From positions 558,001 to 622,000 of the forward strand of contig CAUYUJ010000159.1 of NCBI GenBank assembly GCA_963575745.1: 64,000 nt of DNA, in the 5' to 3' direction. This stretch comes from Prorocentrum cordatum. Taxonomy: Eukaryota. A program made the translations under genes and the position numbers. How positions within the stretch are numbered: the stretch's first letter is position 1; every line of letters begins with the position of its first letter. This document shows positions 39,372-52,053 of this stretch, piece after piece. The notes beneath the pieces were generated by a model. It saw nothing but the letters and a program-made list of their open reading frames with translations, did not search any database and had not been told where the DNA came from.

Positions 39372-41736
39372 AAACATGATCGACCCACGAACCCGGAAAG
39401 GAATGTAGAACTGTAACACATGGCAGCGTTTTCAAAGACACCTGATTGGGTGACGGGCAAATGCAATACTGAAGGTATCGATCTTGATGTACCCTGCCGA
39501 GGGCTGTGCTGTGCTGCGCCGTGCTGAATTGCGATGTGCCATGGCGCGACTGTGCTCTATAGCCTCGTGGATCGAGTCCTCCTTTGCATCCGAGTCCTGA
39601 CCGAACTGATCTGGATCTTAAGCTCGAGCTGCCTGAACACATAGTAGCTGCCCCAGAGCTAATGGACAGGGGAACATGCCAGGAGGACGCGCCGCGAAAC
39701 GTCCCAAGGGATGCGCCAGGCGACGTGCCAGGGGACGTGCCATGGGGTCGCACCGCGGGACGTGCCAAGGGGACGCGCTACGGAACGTGCCAATGGATGT
39801 GCCACGGGATGTGCCAGGGGACGCGCCACGCGACGTGCCAGGGGGACTCGCCAAAGGACGCCCCACGGAACGTGCCAAGGAACGTGCCAAGTTGCAATGC
39901 TGAGTGCATCGACCTTGATGTACCGTGCCGAAATCAGTGCTGTGCTGCGCCGTGCTGAATTGCGATGTGCCATGGCGCGATTGTGCTCTATAGCCTCGTG
40001 GATCGAGTCCTCCTTTGCATCCGAGTCCTGACCGAACTGATCTGGATCTTAAGCTCGAGCTGCCTGAACACATAGTAGCTGCCCCAGAGCTAATGGACGT
40101 CGTCGGATCGTGAAAGCGTGGGCTCTACAGACCCCCAAGAGACCCTCCAAGAGAACCCCAAGACACCGCTCCACGCAAGGCTCTAAGATGAGACTTTGTC
40201 GTCGTCGTCGCCGCCGCCGCCACCGCGACGTCGTCGTCGTGGGCTCTACAGACCCCCAAGAGACCCTCCAAGAGACCCCCCACGCAAGGCTCTAAGATGA
40301 GACTTTGTCGTCGTCGTCGCCGCCGCCGCCCTGTCCTCGATCCCTCGATCGTGTAAGCGTGGGCTCTACAGACCCTCAAGAGACCCTCCAAGAGAACCCC
40401 AAGAGACCCCCCCACGCAAGGCTCTAAGATGAGACTTTGTCGTCGTCATCGCCGCCGCCGCCGCCACCGCGACGTCGTCGTCGTCGTCGCGCTGTCCTCG
40501 AGCCCTCGATCGTGTAAGCGTGGGCTCTGCAGACCCCCAAGAGACCCTCCCAGAGAACCCCCGGAGACCCCCCCACGAGAGGCTCTAAGATGAGACTTTG
40601 TCGTCGTCGTCGTCGCCGCCGCCACCGCGACGTCGTCGTCGTCGTCGCGCTGTCCTCGATCACTCGATCGTGAAAGCGTGGGCTCTACAGACCCCCAAGA
40701 GACCCTCCAAGAGAACCCCGAGACACCCCACGCAAGGCTCTAAGATGAGACTTTGTCGTCGTCGTCGCCGCCGCCGCCACCGCGACGTCGTCGTCGTCGT
40801 CGCGCTGTCCTCGATCACTCGATCGTGAAAGCGTGGGCTCTACAGACCCCCCAGGAGACCCTCCCAGAGAACCCCAAGACACCGCTCCACGCAAGGCTCT
40901 AAGATGAGACTTTGTCGTCGTCGTCGCCGCCGCCGCCACCGCGCGTGGGCTCTACAGACCCCCAAGAGACCCTCCAAGAGACCCCCCACGCAAGGCTCTA
41001 AGATGAGACTTTGTCGTCGTCGTCGCCGCCGCCGCCCTGTCCTCGATCCCTCGATCGTGTAAGCGTGGGCTCTACAGACCCTCAAGAGACCCTCCAAGAG
41101 AACCCCAAGAGACCCCCCCACGCAAGGCTCTAAGATGAGACTTTGTCGTCGTCATCGCCGCCGCCGCCGCCACCGCGACGTCGTCGTCGTCGTCGCGCTG
41201 TCCTCGAGCCCTCGATCGTGTAAGCGTGGGCTCTGCAGACCCCCAAGAGACCCTCCCAGAGAACCCCCGGAGACCCCCCCACGAGAGGCTCTAAGATGAG
41301 ACTTTGTCGTCGTCGTCGCCGCCGCCGCCACCGCGACGTGGTCGTCATCGTCGCGCTGTCCTCGATCCCTCGATCGTGTAAGCGTGGGCTCTACAAACCG
41401 TCAAGAGACCCTCCAAGAGAACCCCAAGAGACCCCCCCACGCAAGGCTCTAAGATGAGACTTTGTCGTCGTCGTCGTCGCCGCCGCCGCCACCGCGACGT
41501 CGTCGTCGTCGTCGCGCTGTCCTCGATCCCTCGATCGTGTAAGCGTGGGCTCTACAGACCCTCCAGAGACCCTCCAAGAGAACCCCAAGAGACCCCCCCA
41601 CGCAAGGCTCTAAGATGAGACTTTGTCGTCGTGGTGGACGCCGCCGCCACCGCGACGTCGTCGTCGTCGCGCTGTCCTCGACCCGTCGATCATGTAAGCG
41701 TGGACTCTACAAACCGTCCAAGAGAACCCCAAGAGA

Positions 41737-41774
<38 letters not shown>

Positions 41775-43017
41775 CTCCCAGAGCCTTCGGGGCCTCTCCT
41801 TGGCCCTCCTACGGAAAATCCTGCAAAACCTAGCGAATTAGTCGAGACATCCTCGAAATTCCTGCGCGCTGGACGCGGCACGCGCGAGACATCCTCGGAA
41901 TTCCTGCGCGCGAGTCTTCCTTTGCATCCAAGTCCTGACCGAACTGATCTGGATCTGAAGCTCGAGCTTCCTGAACACATAGTAGCTGCCCCAGAGCTAA
42001 TTGACAGGGGGACATGCCAGGAGGACGCGCCGCGAAACGTCCCCAGGGACGCGCCAGGCGACGTGCCAAGGGACGTGCCATGGGGTCGCACCGTAGGCCG
42101 TGCCAAGGGGACGCGCTACGGGACATCCTCAAAATTCCTGCGCGCGGGACGTGGCACGCGCGAGACATCTTCCGAATTCCTGCGAGCGGGACGTGAAAAC
42201 AAGCATTTCGCCTGAGACATCCTCTGAATTCTGGCCCCCCACGAGGCCCCCGCTCGAGACATCCCCAAGTTTGCAGAAACCAGCGTTTCGCTCGAGACAT
42301 CCTCAACAAATTATGAAAAACAAGCGTTTCGCTCGAGACATCCGGTCAAAATTCTAAGAAATCCTGACAAAACAAACGAATTAGTCGAGACATCCTCGAA
42401 ATTCCTGCGCGCGGGACGCGGCCCGCGCGAGACATCCTTGGAATTCCCGCGAGCGGGACACGAAAACAAGCATTTCGCCTGAGACATCCTCTGAATTCTG
42501 GCCCCCCGCTCGAGACATCTCCAAATTTTGCGAAAACCAGCGTTTCGCTCGAGACATCCTCCACAAACTATGTAAAATAAGCGTTTCGCTCGAGACATCC
42601 TGCCAAAGTTCTAAGAAATCCTGACAAAACAAGCGAATTAGTCGAGACATCCTCGAAATTCCTGCGCGCGGGACGCGGCACGCGCGAGACATCCTCGGAA
42701 TTCCTGCGCGCGGGGCGCTTTTCCGAGTCGCGGTCGGGGCTCCAGACCCCGTTATTTTTCGAGGATTCTGCGAAAAACGCTCCGCACCCTCTTTTTTACG
42801 AGGGAAAGCGGGGGTCTGCGGACCCCGTTATTTATCGAGGATCCGAGATGGGGGGCGAACTTTCCTCGAGCGGGCACGCACAAAACGCACTTTTTCTAAA
42901 AAAATCAGCACTTTACCTCGTTATTTATCGCAAATAATTTCGCTGGCGCTTGACCCGTCAGATCCGGGGGTAAACGGCTAAAAGAGAACCCTGGGCCCAC
43001 GCCCTTTCCGGGAAAAA
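39372..43017 (-). mobile_element. Modular element, 3.6-kb copy containing a ~160-bp satellite
   Basis: Same two termini; left ~720 bp near-identical to 34076-34800 (offset 5299); right ~1 kb near-identical to about 37125-38128 (offset 4889). Confidence 0.8.
40098..41775. repeat. ~160-bp satellite, 11 units, with a 706-bp higher-order repeat
   Basis: CTCTAAGATGAGACTTT at 40181, 40290, 40422, 40583, 40738, 40897, 40996, 41128, 41289, 41447 and 41608. Confidence 0.95.
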
Positions 43018-43829
43018 CGAATGACCAGAAGAACGTGTCTGCAACATTCTCAACCTTGAAGGCGCCGGCATCGGCTTATTAGCATCAGGTATGTTCACGG
43101 CAATCATGTTGGCTACGACGGAACAAGAACGAGGATCAAATCGGGCGAGGAAAAATAGAAAATCTCTGAGATCTGGCGGCACTGGAGGATGCCTCGGGCG
43201 CCGCGGCCTTCTCAGAGCGTTCCGGAACGCTCTGAGAGCGTTCCAGAACGCTCCAGAGCGGACTTGTCCTCGTCCCAGCCCTTTCCGATTGGCCCCTCTT
43301 GCCCGCCACCAGACAGCGCCGCGCGCGCGCGGACGCCCGAGAGAGTCCGGCGCGGGCCGGCCACCCCAGACGTGGCGCCGTGGAAGAGCTGGTCGGCGAG
43401 GTCCTGGCACTGTTCGGGGGGCGGGCCGTCGCGGGGACCAGCCCGGCTCGGCGCAGACTCCGCTCGGCCAAGACAGAAGAGCAGCGCTGCAATTTCTCCA
43501 GGAGGCCACATGCGAGTCCTACCCAACCACCACCACCACCACCACACAATTTCTAAGGGGGGGAGGTGGGGTTTTCGTGGGTTGGGTGGGGTAGGGTTCG
43601 CATGTGGCCTCCTCTGCTCGGGGGCCCCTCGGACTCGGCTCGGCCAAGATGTGCGGCTACCTCCAGGGCCGCGAGCGAGTCCTAAGGCTGGCCCAGCCAG
43701 AATCGAGGTCTGCAGGATAGTGTCAGATCTGGCGCCCTGGCCCCAGACATGCGACGTCTTGATGTTTGTTCCCAAACAGCTTGCTGCACGGGTGTTATGG
43801 TAGAAGCACGTTCCAGCCGAGAAGGGTTG

Positions 43830-44545
43830 GAGCAGAGACATCCTCAACCAACTGTTCTGGTCCGAACCGTTCTGCCTGAAATGTCCTCACGACTCTCGTT
43901 TCCGAGTTAGCTCGGGTGGAGCATTTCGCCTGAGACATCTTCGACACTCTGAGTTCCGAAGTGCTGCGCGCGAGGTGGTCCAGCTCGTTTCGTCTGAGAC
44001 ATCCTCGCAACTCTGGGCTTCGAGATGCTGCGCGCGAGGCGCGAGGTGGTCTGGCCCGTTTCGCGTGAGACATCCTCGAAACTCTGAAATCCGAGAGAGA
44101 GAGAGAGAGAGAGTAGGGAGGAGGGGTCGGACCGAAACACACCATTTTATTACAATTATGTGGTCGAATTGTGCTCCTGGTCGAATTGTGCTCCAGGCGG
44201 TGTCTGGAAACCGCCTGAAACATTCTCGCGACTCTGATCTCCCAGATTCTGCGCGCGTCTGGGCGCCGCGTGAGATATCTTCGTGACTGTGGGTTCTGAG
44301 AAACTGGTCTGGCCCGTTTGTCTTGGGACATCCTCGCAACTCGGGGCTCCGCGATGCTGCGCGCGAGGTGGTCCATCTCGTTTCGCCTGAGACATCCTCG
44401 CAACTCTGGGCTCCGAGAAAATGTGCGTAACTGGTCTGGCCGTTTCACTTGAGACATCCTCGCCGTTCAGGGCTCCGAGATGCTGCGCGCGAGGTGGTCT
44501 GGCCCGTTTCGCGTGAGCCACCCCCGAAACTCTGGGCTCCGAGAA
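43830..44545. repeat. Diverged GAGACATCCTCG satellite subfamily (related inverted array at 61755-62195)
   Basis: Iterated TTTCGCCTGAGACATCCTCGCAACTCTGGGCTCCGAGATG; its reverse complement is iterated at 61755-62195. Confidence 0.8.
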
Positions 44546-45496
44546 GGGAGAGGGAGGAGGGAGAGGGGTCAGACCCAACCGAACCGTGTGATTTCACTTC
44601 TGTGGTCGACATGTGCTCTGGGAGGGGTAACTAACTGTGGGCGCCCCTGGCCCGATGGAGGAGGCAGCCGGCGCCGAGGTGCGAGCACGACTCCTTCGCA
44701 AATCGCACGGGCTTCTCAGGTGGAAGCCATGCCAGAACAAATCTTGGAGATGCTTCGAGCGAGAGCGTGGTGAGCGGTGAGAAGGCAGGATGGGGCAGGA
44801 GGAACGGAGGAAGAAAAAAGAATCTGCTGACCCTTCGGCGTGTGTGAGACGATGGCATCGTCGTCGTTGTTGTCGTCGTGGTCGCCGTCGTCATTCCCTT
44901 CCCTGTATCCCTTTCCTACCCGGAGGGGGGCTGGGCGGGGGGGGGGTCTGGTCACATTGTTGAAGGCTTAACGACTTCTGTCGTCCTTCCACTCGCGCTG
45001 GAACGGCCGCCAATTGCTCTGGATTTACCTGGATTTGCCCGGGCTTATCTCGATTTACCTGGATTTGCTAGATTTATCTGCCATTTACCTGGATTTATCT
45101 GGCCCGATCCCCACAAGTCGATTGGCGAAAAGTCGACAAGCCTTTTGGGATCACATGTCAGAAAGCGGTCCCTCCCTTTCCCTTGGGTCCCGGCGGGTCC
45201 CGGAGGGGTCGCCAGCGGGGGTCCCGTGGGAGGTCCCGCCTGCCGGGTCGGCGGGCGGCACCGGACGCAAGGCACGTGCGTGCAGCTTTCGATTATCTCC
45301 GCGCCGTTCACTTGCCGATTACGTCTTCCCCGGTTGAGCCCACTACCGCGGCGACAAAGTCACCAGATCCGACGGCGGCGCCGGCGCCTAGAAGTATCTG
45401 TTAGATCAGGCACGACCAGTTTTCATTCCAAAAAACAGCGATGCATTAAATATTCGCTTCCGAACCAAACCGAATGTGTATGTGTATATATATATA

Positions 45497-45539
<43 letters not shown>

Positions 45540-45545
<6 letters not shown>

Positions 45546-47128
45546 TTCACGGGCGCTTGCCTTGGGAATATGCAGCGGCGCGTTTCGAATCGGGGGGTGC
45601 ACCCCTAATCCCCCCCCTCCCGAACCCCCCCCCCCAGGGGAGGGGGGGTTCCAAGCCCCCCCCCCCTCCCCCCCCCCGCGCGCCGGCGCCGGCGTTGGCG
45701 GTCGCCGCAGCGCCAACGCAGCGACGATGACCAGAGAGGGCCCAGAGGGGGGGGGTCAAAACCCCCCCCCCCGCGCAGCGCCGGCGCCGGCGCCGGCGCT
45801 GGCGGCTGCCAGCAGAGCCGACGGCGGGGACGCAGCGACGATGACCATAGAGGGCCCAGAGGCCGCAGAGGGAACACACAAATCGCCATATCGAGCCCTC
45901 GCATGCTCCTGAGACGCCCCCGAGGACCTCAAAAGGCATCCATTAGAACTCTGACCCTGTGCCAAAACACAGTGGCGGGAGGAGCCGAAGGCCACATCAC
46001 CACCACCACCACCACCACCGCCACCACAGACCACCATACCACCACCACCACCGCCACCACCACCACATCCACCATCACAACCACCACAACCCACCATCAC
46101 CACAACCACCACCATCACAACAAACCACCTCACCAACAACACCACCACCAAAAACACGCCACCACCACCAGCACCACCACAACCCACCCCAACCCACCAC
46201 AACCACCACCGACTAAAACCACCACACCATTACCACCACCATTACAACCGCCACAACCACCACCATCACCACAACCCACCACCAACACCACCACCACAAA
46301 CCACCACACCACCACAACCACCACCACCACCACCACCACCCACCACCCACCATCCACCACCCACCACCACCACCAGCACCACTACCAGCAGCAGCACCAC
46401 CACCAACACCACAGCCCACTACCACCACCACCACAAACCACAACGCCAGGACTACCACCACCGCCACCACCACGATAACCACCACCAAACCACCACACAA
46501 GCACCACCACCACAGCCACCACCACCAACACCACAATAGCTCACCACCACCACCACCACCACCAACGCCAAAACAACATCCCACCATCACTACCACCACC
46601 ATCACCACAATCTACCACACCACCACCACCACCGCCACAACCACTACCACTACTACCAGCAGCACAGCCCACCACCACCACCACCACAACCACCACAAGC
46701 CACCTCACCACCACCACCACGACCACCACAGCCACTACCACCACCACCACCACCCCCGCCGCCACCGCCAGCCGCCGCCGACGCCGGCGCCCGCTCGAGG
46801 AGGGAGAGAGGAGAAGTAGGGGAGGGGGGGAGGGGGGGGTTCGAACCCTCCCCCTCCGTCACGGGATGGGGTGGGTCGACCCCCCCTTCACGCGACCACA
46901 GAACGCGCTTTGTCATACATATATATATATATATACTTGCACATACGTACATACATACACACATGCATACATACATACATACATACATACATACATACAT
47001 ACATACATACATACATACATACACACACATACATACATACATACCTACATACATACATACATACATACATACATACACACATACATACATACATACATAA
47101 ATACATACATATATACACACAAACATAC

Positions 47129-47165
<37 letters not shown>

Positions 47166-49182
47166 CATACGTTTACATATACATATACATATACATATAC
47201 ATCAATATATATATATATATACCTATGCATATGCATATACATATACATATACATACACATATCCTTATTCCTTATTATAATATACCCTCAGGCCGGCAGA
47301 TAGCGGGCGCATCCGGGTGGTCCCATCCTAACCCGTAAAAAACAATACAAAATCAACATTTTTCTTAATTTTTTCCTCTCGACATGGACGTCCTGTCGTC
47401 CACGGCGATAATCCATTGCACAAAATACCACAAAGAGCACACGCGCGCGTTCATGTCAGAATCCTACCGAACACCGTGTGTTTGCAAGCATTTCAACATA
47501 AAAACATCAAAGACCCAATGCTTTTTCACAAAAAATTGTACAAATTTCCCGTCCGGGCTCTCTTGCTGAGATCATAGGAAAACCATAGGAATCTTAATGC
47601 AGCGGCGCGTTTCACGGGCGCTTGCCTTGGGAATATGCAGCGGCGCGTTTCGAATCGGGGGGTGCACCCCTAATCCCCCCCCTCCCGAACCCCCCCCCCC
47701 CAGGGGAGGGGGGGTTCCAAGCCCCTCCCCCCCCCCTCCCCCCCCCGCGCGCCGGCGCCGCGTTGGCGGTCGCCGCAGCAACGCAGCGACGATGACCAGA
47801 GAGGGCCCAGAGGGGGGGGTCAAACCCCCCCCCGCGCCAGCGCCGGCGCCGGCGCCGGCGCTGGCGGCTGCCAGCAGAGCCGACGGCGGGGACGCAGCGA
47901 CGATGACCATAGAGGGCCCAGAGGCCGCAGAGGGAACACACAAATCGCCATATCGAGCCCTCGCATGCTCCTGAGACGCCCCCGAGGACCTCAAAAGGCA
48001 TCCATTAGAACTCTGACCCTGTGCCAAAACACAGTGGCGGGAGGAGCCGAAGGCCACATCACCACCACCACCACCACCACCGCCACCACAGACCACCATA
48101 CCACCACCACCACCGCCACCACCACCACATCCACCATCACAACCACCACAACCCACCATCACCACAACCACCACCATCACAACAAACCACCTCACCAACA
48201 ACACCACCACCAAAAACACGCCACCACCACCAGCACCACCACAACCCACCCCAACCCACCACAACCACCACCGACTAAAACCACCACACCATTACCACCA
48301 CCATTACAACCGCCACAACCACCACCATCACCACAACCCACCACCAACACCACCACCACAAACCACCACACCACCACAACCACCACCACCACCACCACCA
48401 CCCACCACCCACCATCCACCACCCACCACCACCACCAGCACCACTACCAGCAGCAGCACCACCACCAACACCACAGCCCACTACCACCACCACCACAAAC
48501 CACAACGCCAGGACTACCACCACCGCCACCACCACGATAACCACCACCAAACCACCACACAAGCACCACCACCACAGCCACCACCACCAACACCACAACA
48601 GCTCACCACCACCACCACCACCACCAACGCCAAAACAACATCCCACCATCACTACCACCACCATCACCACAATCTACCACACCACCACCACCACCGCCAC
48701 AACCACTACCACTACTACCAGCAGCACAGCCCACCACCACCACCACCACAACCACCACAAGCCACCTCACCACCACCACCACGACCACCACAGCCACTAC
48801 CACCACCACCACCACCCCCGCCGCCACCGCCAGCCGCCGCCGACGCCGGCGCCCGCTCGAGGAGGGAGAGAGGAGAAGTAGGGGAGGGGGGGAGGGGGGG
48901 GGTCGAACCCTCCCCCTCCGTCACGGGATGGGGTGGGTCGACCCCCCCCTTCACGCGACCACAGAACGCGCTTTGTCATACATATATATATATACTTGCA
49001 CATACGTACATACATACACACATGCATACATACATACATACATACATACATACATACATACATACATACATACATACATACACACATACATACATACATA
49101 CATACACATATACATACATACATACATAAATACATACATACATACACACAAACATACATACGTATACATATACATATACATA
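45540..49182. repeat. Recent ~2.06-kb-period tandem duplication (45540 to ~47160 and 47605-49182) including (CAC)n and (TACA)n tracts
   Basis: Identical ORF translations at offset 2062; the irregular CAC tracts match almost base for base. Confidence 0.95.
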
Positions 49183-49223
49183 CTAGAACCATCGCGCGCG
49201 CTTCGCGCGCGCTCAAGTTCTAG
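49183..49223. mobile_element. Helitron-type 3' terminus: GC hairpin 7 nt from CTAG
   Basis: Minus strand reads GCGCGCGC-GAA-GCGCGCGC-GATGGTT-CTAG|T; a homologous motif lies at 52017-52053. Confidence 0.55.
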
Positions 49224-49904
49224 CTAGGCTCGACAGGCTAACGCATGGAAAATCAATGTTCGAAGTGCCTTGTGCATCTAACGACCTCGTCGGAGTCCCT
49301 GCGCAAGCCTCGGAAACGTGTAGAAGGGGAAATGCGGAAACCACTAAATCACACATTCCCTTTAGGTGTTCGATGTAGTTGGGCCCTCGATGGCTTCCTG
49401 AGATCTTTCTTCGGTGGTGACGGGGGCCTTAAAGATGGCCCGTTGTGCAAGAACAAGCCGAGGGTAAGTTTGAAAAAAAAGGACTTCCTGGAATCCCTTT
49501 GAAGAAAGATTGCCATGCCTGGGCTGTGGGTCAGAAGTTGACTGGACCGTGGACTGTTGAGACGCCTCTCGGGGCCCTTGGCGGCGTCTTGGGAGTCTTT
49601 CGGGGCCTCTTGGGAAGCGCTACGGCGTGTTGGTGGAACGAACAAGGGCTCCCAACTTCGCGTTTCGCGCTGCGCGAAGTGCGAATAACCTCGCGCTCTC
49701 GCGCCGCCTCCCAGGGCAGAAAAGGGAGGATGAGGAGGAATCAGAGCCGAACCGAGAAGCGCGAATCACCTCGCGCCCTCGAGCCCTTGAGAATGAAGCA
49801 TGCTCGCAGTGGAAGGGCAAGACGCGTGGCGGTGCCGGCGTGCCCGGGCCACCACGGCCTCAGCTCCGCTTCCCCCGGGCCCCGCGGCCTCTGGAGACCG
49901 ACGC

Positions 49905-50098
49905 GGGAGGAGGAGGAGGAGGAGGAGGAGGAGGAGGAGGAGGAGAAGCAGGAAGAGGACGAGGAGGACGAGGAGGAGGACGAGGAGGAGAACGAGGAGG
50001 ACGAGGAGGAGGACGAGGAGGAGGACGAGGAGGAGGACGAGGAGGAGGACGAGGAGGAGGACGAGGAGGAGGAGGAGGAAAGGGAGGAGGAAGAGGAG
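49905..50098. repeat. (GAG)n/(GAGGAGGAGGAC)n repeat
   Basis: Directly visible. Confidence 0.9.
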
Positions 50099-52016
50099 GC
50101 ACGGCTTCGACCTCGAGTGCCCGCCCCGGACACTCGCCCCTGGACCGCGTCTCGCGGCCGGGGGGGCGCCCAGGACCCCACCGCTGCACCTCGAGCGTCC
50201 CCTCCGGGGTCGATCTTCGAAGGTCCCGCGGCCTCCGACGACGAGGGCGAGGAGGAGAAGCAGGAAGAGGAGGCACGGCTTCCCCCTGGACCGCGTCTCG
50301 CGGCCGGGGGGCGCCCAGGACACCACAGCTTCAACCGCGAGCGCCCCCTCGGGATCGATGTTCGAAGGTCCCGCGGCCTCCGGAGGCCAAAACAGGAGGA
50401 GGAGGACGAGGAGGACGAGGAAAGGAAGGAGGAGGCACCGCTTCAACCTCAAGCGCTTCCTGGGGGCCTCTCGAGGCCTCTTGCGGACTCCTGGGGGCCT
50501 CTTGGGAGCTTCTGGTGGGCGAGGGCTCGAAATGTCAGTTCGTGTTCCCCATCTGGGGCTCCTCTTGGAGTGTTCTGGGAGCTCTTTTGGGCCGTCTTGG
50601 AAGCTTCCTGGGCCGTCTTGGGGCCCTCTTGGGCTGTCTCGGTGGTCTCTTGGGAGCCTCTGGGCTCGTCTTGAGGCGGTCTTTCGGGCCTCTTGGGCCG
50701 CCTTGGAGCGTCTGGAAGCCGAACTGGGGAGAACGCCAAAACCTTTCAAAACCCACAAAAAATCAGTGACAATTTCCTATTGGGCCCCTCCCGAGAGTGC
50801 TGTCGGAGATCTGCTGGGACGCTTTGGCAGCTTTTAAACAGTCTTGGAGTGTTCCCGGGCCGCTTCGGACCTCTCTTGGGCTGTCCTGAGGGCGTCCTGG
50901 AGCCATTTTAGAGGTTCCTGGGAGCGTCCTGGCGTCTCCGGCGGGGGGTGACCACAGCCACTGGGCAAAGTGAGGCCCCCCCCTGGTCCAGGACCCCCTT
51001 CCCCTATATATCTATATATATATATATACATATATATATGTATATATATATATATACACACGCATATACATATGCATATACATATATATGAATGTATATA
51101 TATTTATATACATTCATATATATATACACATATATATAGAGAGAGAGAGAGAAACATACGTAAACCATGTAGGATTGTGCACATAGGAGAAGGACACTAT
51201 ATAGAAACATACGTACGTCGTCCAAGGCGCCTCGGAAAGCGCAGAATACTCCTCCAAGGCGCGGAATCATGTTCCCAGACCGCCTTCTGGGAACATGATG
51301 GGGACGACCTCCTGAGGACCTCCAGTGGGCCTCTTGGGGGCCTCTCGGAGGCCTGTTGGGCTCTCCTGGAGGCGTCTTGGGGCGCGCTCAGGGCCATTTT
51401 TGGGCATCTTCGGGGCCTCTTGGGGGCCTCCGGGGAGGCTCTTGGGGGCCTCTCTGGGGCCTCTTGGGACCTCGCGGGGCCCTCTCGGGGCCCGCTGGGC
51501 TCGCTTAGGCAGTCTTGAGCCCTGTCGGGGCTGGAACCGTCTTGGGCGGCTCCTGGGCCATCTTGGGGCTCTCCTGAGCCGTCTTGGGGCGATTTTGGAG
51601 GTCTCTTGGGCCGTCTTGGGGCGGTTTTGGGGGCCTCTTCGGCCGTCTTGGAGCGGTTTTGGGAGACTTTTGGACGGTCTTGGAGCGTCGGAACCCCGAA
51701 AAAGCGAGAAGGCCAACAACCTCGAAAAAAATATGAAAATCAGCGATTTTAGTTTGTCGGCGCTCTCTTGGGAGGCCTCTTGGGATGCCTTCGGGGCCTC
51801 ATGGAGCTCTCTTGGAACGTCTTCGGGCCTTCCTGACCATTCCTGAGGCTATCTACGCGCGTCTTGGAGCGCTCGCGGGCCGTCTTGGGCGGTCTCGAAC
51901 TGTTCCTGGCGGTCCCAGGGGCCCTCCGGGACGCTCCGGACGCTCCCGGGGGCGCCCTGCACCCCCCTTGGAGATTACAGGCATCGCCCCGGGCCGCCCC
52001 CGGGCCCTACTCCGAT

Positions 52017-52053
52017 GAACCACGCGCGCGCTGCGCGCGCGCTTTGGTTCTAG
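52017..52053. mobile_element. Second hairpin-plus-CTAG Helitron-type terminus
   Basis: GAACCAC-GCGCGCGC-TGC-GCGCGCGC-TTTGGTT-CTAG. Confidence 0.5.

Noticed and set aside
49445..50837. Acidic or Arg-rich long ORFs in several frames
   Set aside because: Stop-poor GAG repeats plus GGCCTCTTGGG repeat; open in most frames.
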